Source of the DNA: Planctomycetota bacterium
GTDB lineage: Bacteria > Planctomycetota > UBA1135 > UBA2386
Reading direction: 5' to 3'
Assembly: GCA_965228735.1 (NCBI GenBank)
Contig: OZ245838.1
Span: forward strand, 2,272,001-2,336,000
DNA: 64,000 bases
Position 1 is the stretch's first letter, and the number at the start of each line of letters is the position of its first letter. Below the pieces are notes generated by a model that was not told the DNA's origin, did not search any database, and saw only the letters and a list, made by a program, of their open reading frames with translations. Of the stretch, positions 61,829 through 64,000 are shown one piece after another. A program made the position numbers and the translations under genes.

Positions 61829-62910
61829 CCGTTTCCGTCGCTGTTTCCGATCTCGTGTGCCGCCGCGGCGGCGGGCGCGACGCGTTCACCCTCGGCCCCG
61901 TGTCGTTCACGGCCGCGGCCGGGCAACGCGTCGCGATCGTCGGCCCGTCGGGCTCCGGCAAGACGACGCTGCTGCGTTGCCTCGCCGGCCTCGAACGCGC
62001 GACGAGCGGCACGATCGAGCTCGACGGCAAAGTCGTCGCGGACGGCGGTCGGGTGCACGCGGCCCCGGACGCGCGCGGCCTCGGCCTCGTGTTCCAGGAA
62101 GGCGCGCTCTGGCCGCACCTGAACGCGCTGCAGCACCTGCGCTTCGCCGCCCCGGGGATCACGGACGACCGCTGCCAGGCGTTGCTCGAACGCGCGGACA
62201 TCGCGCACCTCGCAGCTCGCAAGCCGGCGCAGATGTCGGGCGGCGAAGCCCAACGCCTCGGCCTGCTGCGCGCGATCGCGCCCGAGCCGGGGCTGCTCTT
62301 GCTCGACGAACCGCTGCGCAGCGTCGACGTGCACCTGCGCGACGGCCTCGTGCTGCTCGTGCGCGAGCTCGCGGACGAACTCGGGCTGACGACGATCCTC
62401 GTGACCCACGATCGCGACGAGGCGCTCGCGCTCGCGACCGATCTCGTCGTGATGCACGAGGGGCACGTCGTCGAACGCGGCAGCGCCGGCGAGCTGCTGC
62501 GGGCGCCGCGCTGCGCGTTCACGGCGGCGTTCCTCGCGGGCGCGGCCTGCCTGCCGACCACCGCCGGCACGGCGGATTCGGTCGAAACGACGTTCGGCAC
62601 GTTCGCGCGCCCGGGCGGCGCGGGTGCCGGCGGCGATGCGGGAGCCGAGCTGCGGCTCGTCCTCATGCCCGGCGACCTCGCGGCGACCGCCGCCAACGGT
62701 CAACCGACTTCCTGTCCGCGCGGCAACGTGCTGCAGAGTCAGCCGAGCGCGGACGGCTTTTCCAATCGCATTGCTCTCGGCGATCACATCGTGTTCGCGC
62801 GCAGCGACGAGCTGCTCGCGGCAGGATCATCCGCAGAACTGCAACTCAGGAGCACGCCACGGCTCCTGCCCTGGCAGACTGCCGACACTCAGACGGAGGC
62901 AGACTCGTGA
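61825..62910 (+). CDS. ABC transporter ATP-binding protein
   Basis: GPSGSGKT, MSGGEAQR, LLLDEP, VTHD. Confidence 0.93.
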   Translation: MTVSVAVSDLVCRRGGGRDAFTLGPVSFTAAAGQRVAIVGPSGSGKTTLLRCLAGLERATSGTIELDGKVVADGGRVHAAPDARGLGLVFQEGALWPHLNALQHLRFAAPGITDDRCQALLERADIAHLAARKPAQMSGGEAQRLGLLRAIAPEPGLLLLDEPLRSVDVHLRDGLVLLVRELADELGLTTILVTHDRDEALALATDLVVMHEGHVVERGSAGELLRAPRCAFTAAFLAGAACLPTTAGTADSVETTFGTFARPGGAGAGGDAGAELRLVLMPGDLAATAANGQPTSCPRGNVLQSQPSADGFSNRIALGDHIVFARSDELLAAGSSAELQLRSTPRLLPWQTADTQTEADS

Positions 62911-63950
62911 ACTTCTCGGCCCGACTCGGCATCGCAGTCGGCGTGCTCGTCGCGTTCGGCGGCGCGATCGCGTTCTTGTCCGCGACGGACACCGGCAGCG
63001 CGCGCGCCGCGCAGACCGTCCGGTGGGAATCCTCGGCGCAGTGCCAGGAATGCCACCAGGACGTCTACGACGAGTGGCACGGCTCGCACCACCAGATCGC
63101 GTTCACCAATCCCGAGGTGCGCAAGCTCAGCGACGACTTCCGCAAGGAGGAGTGCATGGACTGCCACCTGCCGCGCCCGCTCGCGCTGACGGGCTTCGGG
63201 AATCGCACCCTGCCGCGCCGAACGCACTTCGACGAGGGTGTGAGCTGCATCAGCTGCCACCTCGCTCCGGACGGCGGCATCGTCGCGCGCAACGACCGGC
63301 CCGAGGTGCCGTGTGCGCCGCAGAAGAACGCCGACTTCATCGCCGTGAAGGCCTGCGCATCGTGCCACAACCAGCACTGGACGACCGATCAGTGGCGCGA
63401 CAGCTCGTACGCCGCGCAGGGCGTCGACTGCAGTTCGTGCCACATGCCCGAGGTCACGCGCGTGCGCAAGGACGGCAGCAAGCGCATGGGCCGCAGCCAC
63501 GTGTTCCCGGGCGGTCACGACAAGGCGATGCTGCAGTCGGCCGGCAAGTTCGAGGTCGCGCGCGAGGGCGACCAGGTCGCGTTCACGCTGACCAACGTCG
63601 GCGCGGGCCACAACTACCCGACCGAGGAGCGGCACCGCGCGGTCGACATGAGCTATCGGTTCCTCACCGCGGCCGACGTGGCCGCGGAACAGGCCGCCGA
63701 GTCCAACGGCGAGTGGACGCTGGCCTACCGCTTCCGCATGCCCTACCGCGACGAGGCGACGCCCGTCGGCCCGCTCGCGGAGTCGCAGGAGAACACGCAA
63801 CTCCCCGCCAACGCGAGCAAGACGATCCGGATCGACATCCCGGCCGATGCGGTCGCGATCGAGGCCCGGTTGTGGTACCGACTGACGCCGTTCGTCGGCG
63901 ACGACAGTCCGATGAGCACCCTCCTCGAAGAACGGCGGCTCGACCTATGA
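62907..63950 (+). CDS. Pentaheme c-type cytochrome (c554-like family)
   Basis: GTGA overlap; N-terminal anchor; CQECH, CMDCH, CISCH, CASCH, CSSCH. Confidence 0.9.
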   Translation: MNFSARLGIAVGVLVAFGGAIAFLSATDTGSARAAQTVRWESSAQCQECHQDVYDEWHGSHHQIAFTNPEVRKLSDDFRKEECMDCHLPRPLALTGFGNRTLPRRTHFDEGVSCISCHLAPDGGIVARNDRPEVPCAPQKNADFIAVKACASCHNQHWTTDQWRDSSYAAQGVDCSSCHMPEVTRVRKDGSKRMGRSHVFPGGHDKAMLQSAGKFEVAREGDQVAFTLTNVGAGHNYPTEERHRAVDMSYRFLTAADVAAEQAAESNGEWTLAYRFRMPYRDEATPVGPLAESQENTQLPANASKTIRIDIPADAVAIEARLWYRLTPFVGDDSPMSTLLEERRLDL

Positions 63951-64000
63951 TGCGTTCGACCCATTGCCGTGCCGGCGCGCTCATCCTGCTCACGGGTTGG
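63947..64000 (+). CDS. Start of a further operon gene (partial)
   Basis: ATGA overlap with the cytochrome stop; MMRSTHCRAGALILLTGW looks like a signal peptide. Confidence 0.5.
   Translation, partial: MMRSTHCRAGALILLTGW

Noticed and set aside
61737..62906. Long N-terminal extension of the multiheme cytochrome ORF
   Set aside because: Overlaps the ABC ATPase in another frame; GTG 62907 with GGAGG RBS and stop overlap is the better start.

Overview
A very GC-rich, gene-dense bacterial chromosomal segment. The gene repertoire (ECF sigma factor/Hanks kinase pairs, FG-GAP, ELWxxDGT and PQQ-like propellers, three-gene sdhCAB) suggests Planctomycetota; this taxon call is inference. It holds about 50 CDS, one tRNA-Pro(CGG), sdhCAB, mgtE, three ECF sigma modules, a STAS/REC-anti-sigma/hybrid-kinase partner-switch operon and a GbsR-type regulated membrane operon. 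It also holds a binding-protein/histidine-kinase/NtrC system directly upstream of a perfect sigma54 promoter that precedes a phosphatase-like/cytochrome c' fusion, an ABC importer and a pentaheme cytochrome. The most striking signal is that nine otherwise unrelated secreted proteins share a ~110-130 aa terminal domain (G.C...P.LG...GC...IP...G...Y.Q...[ST]N[GA]), and one small secreted protein appears to consist of little else. This looks like a lineage-specific sorting or anchoring domain analogous to T9SS-CTD or PEP-CTERM. No CRISPR array, rRNA, integrase or transposase was seen. Start codons were chosen by eye and family calls come from motif recognition, not database searches.
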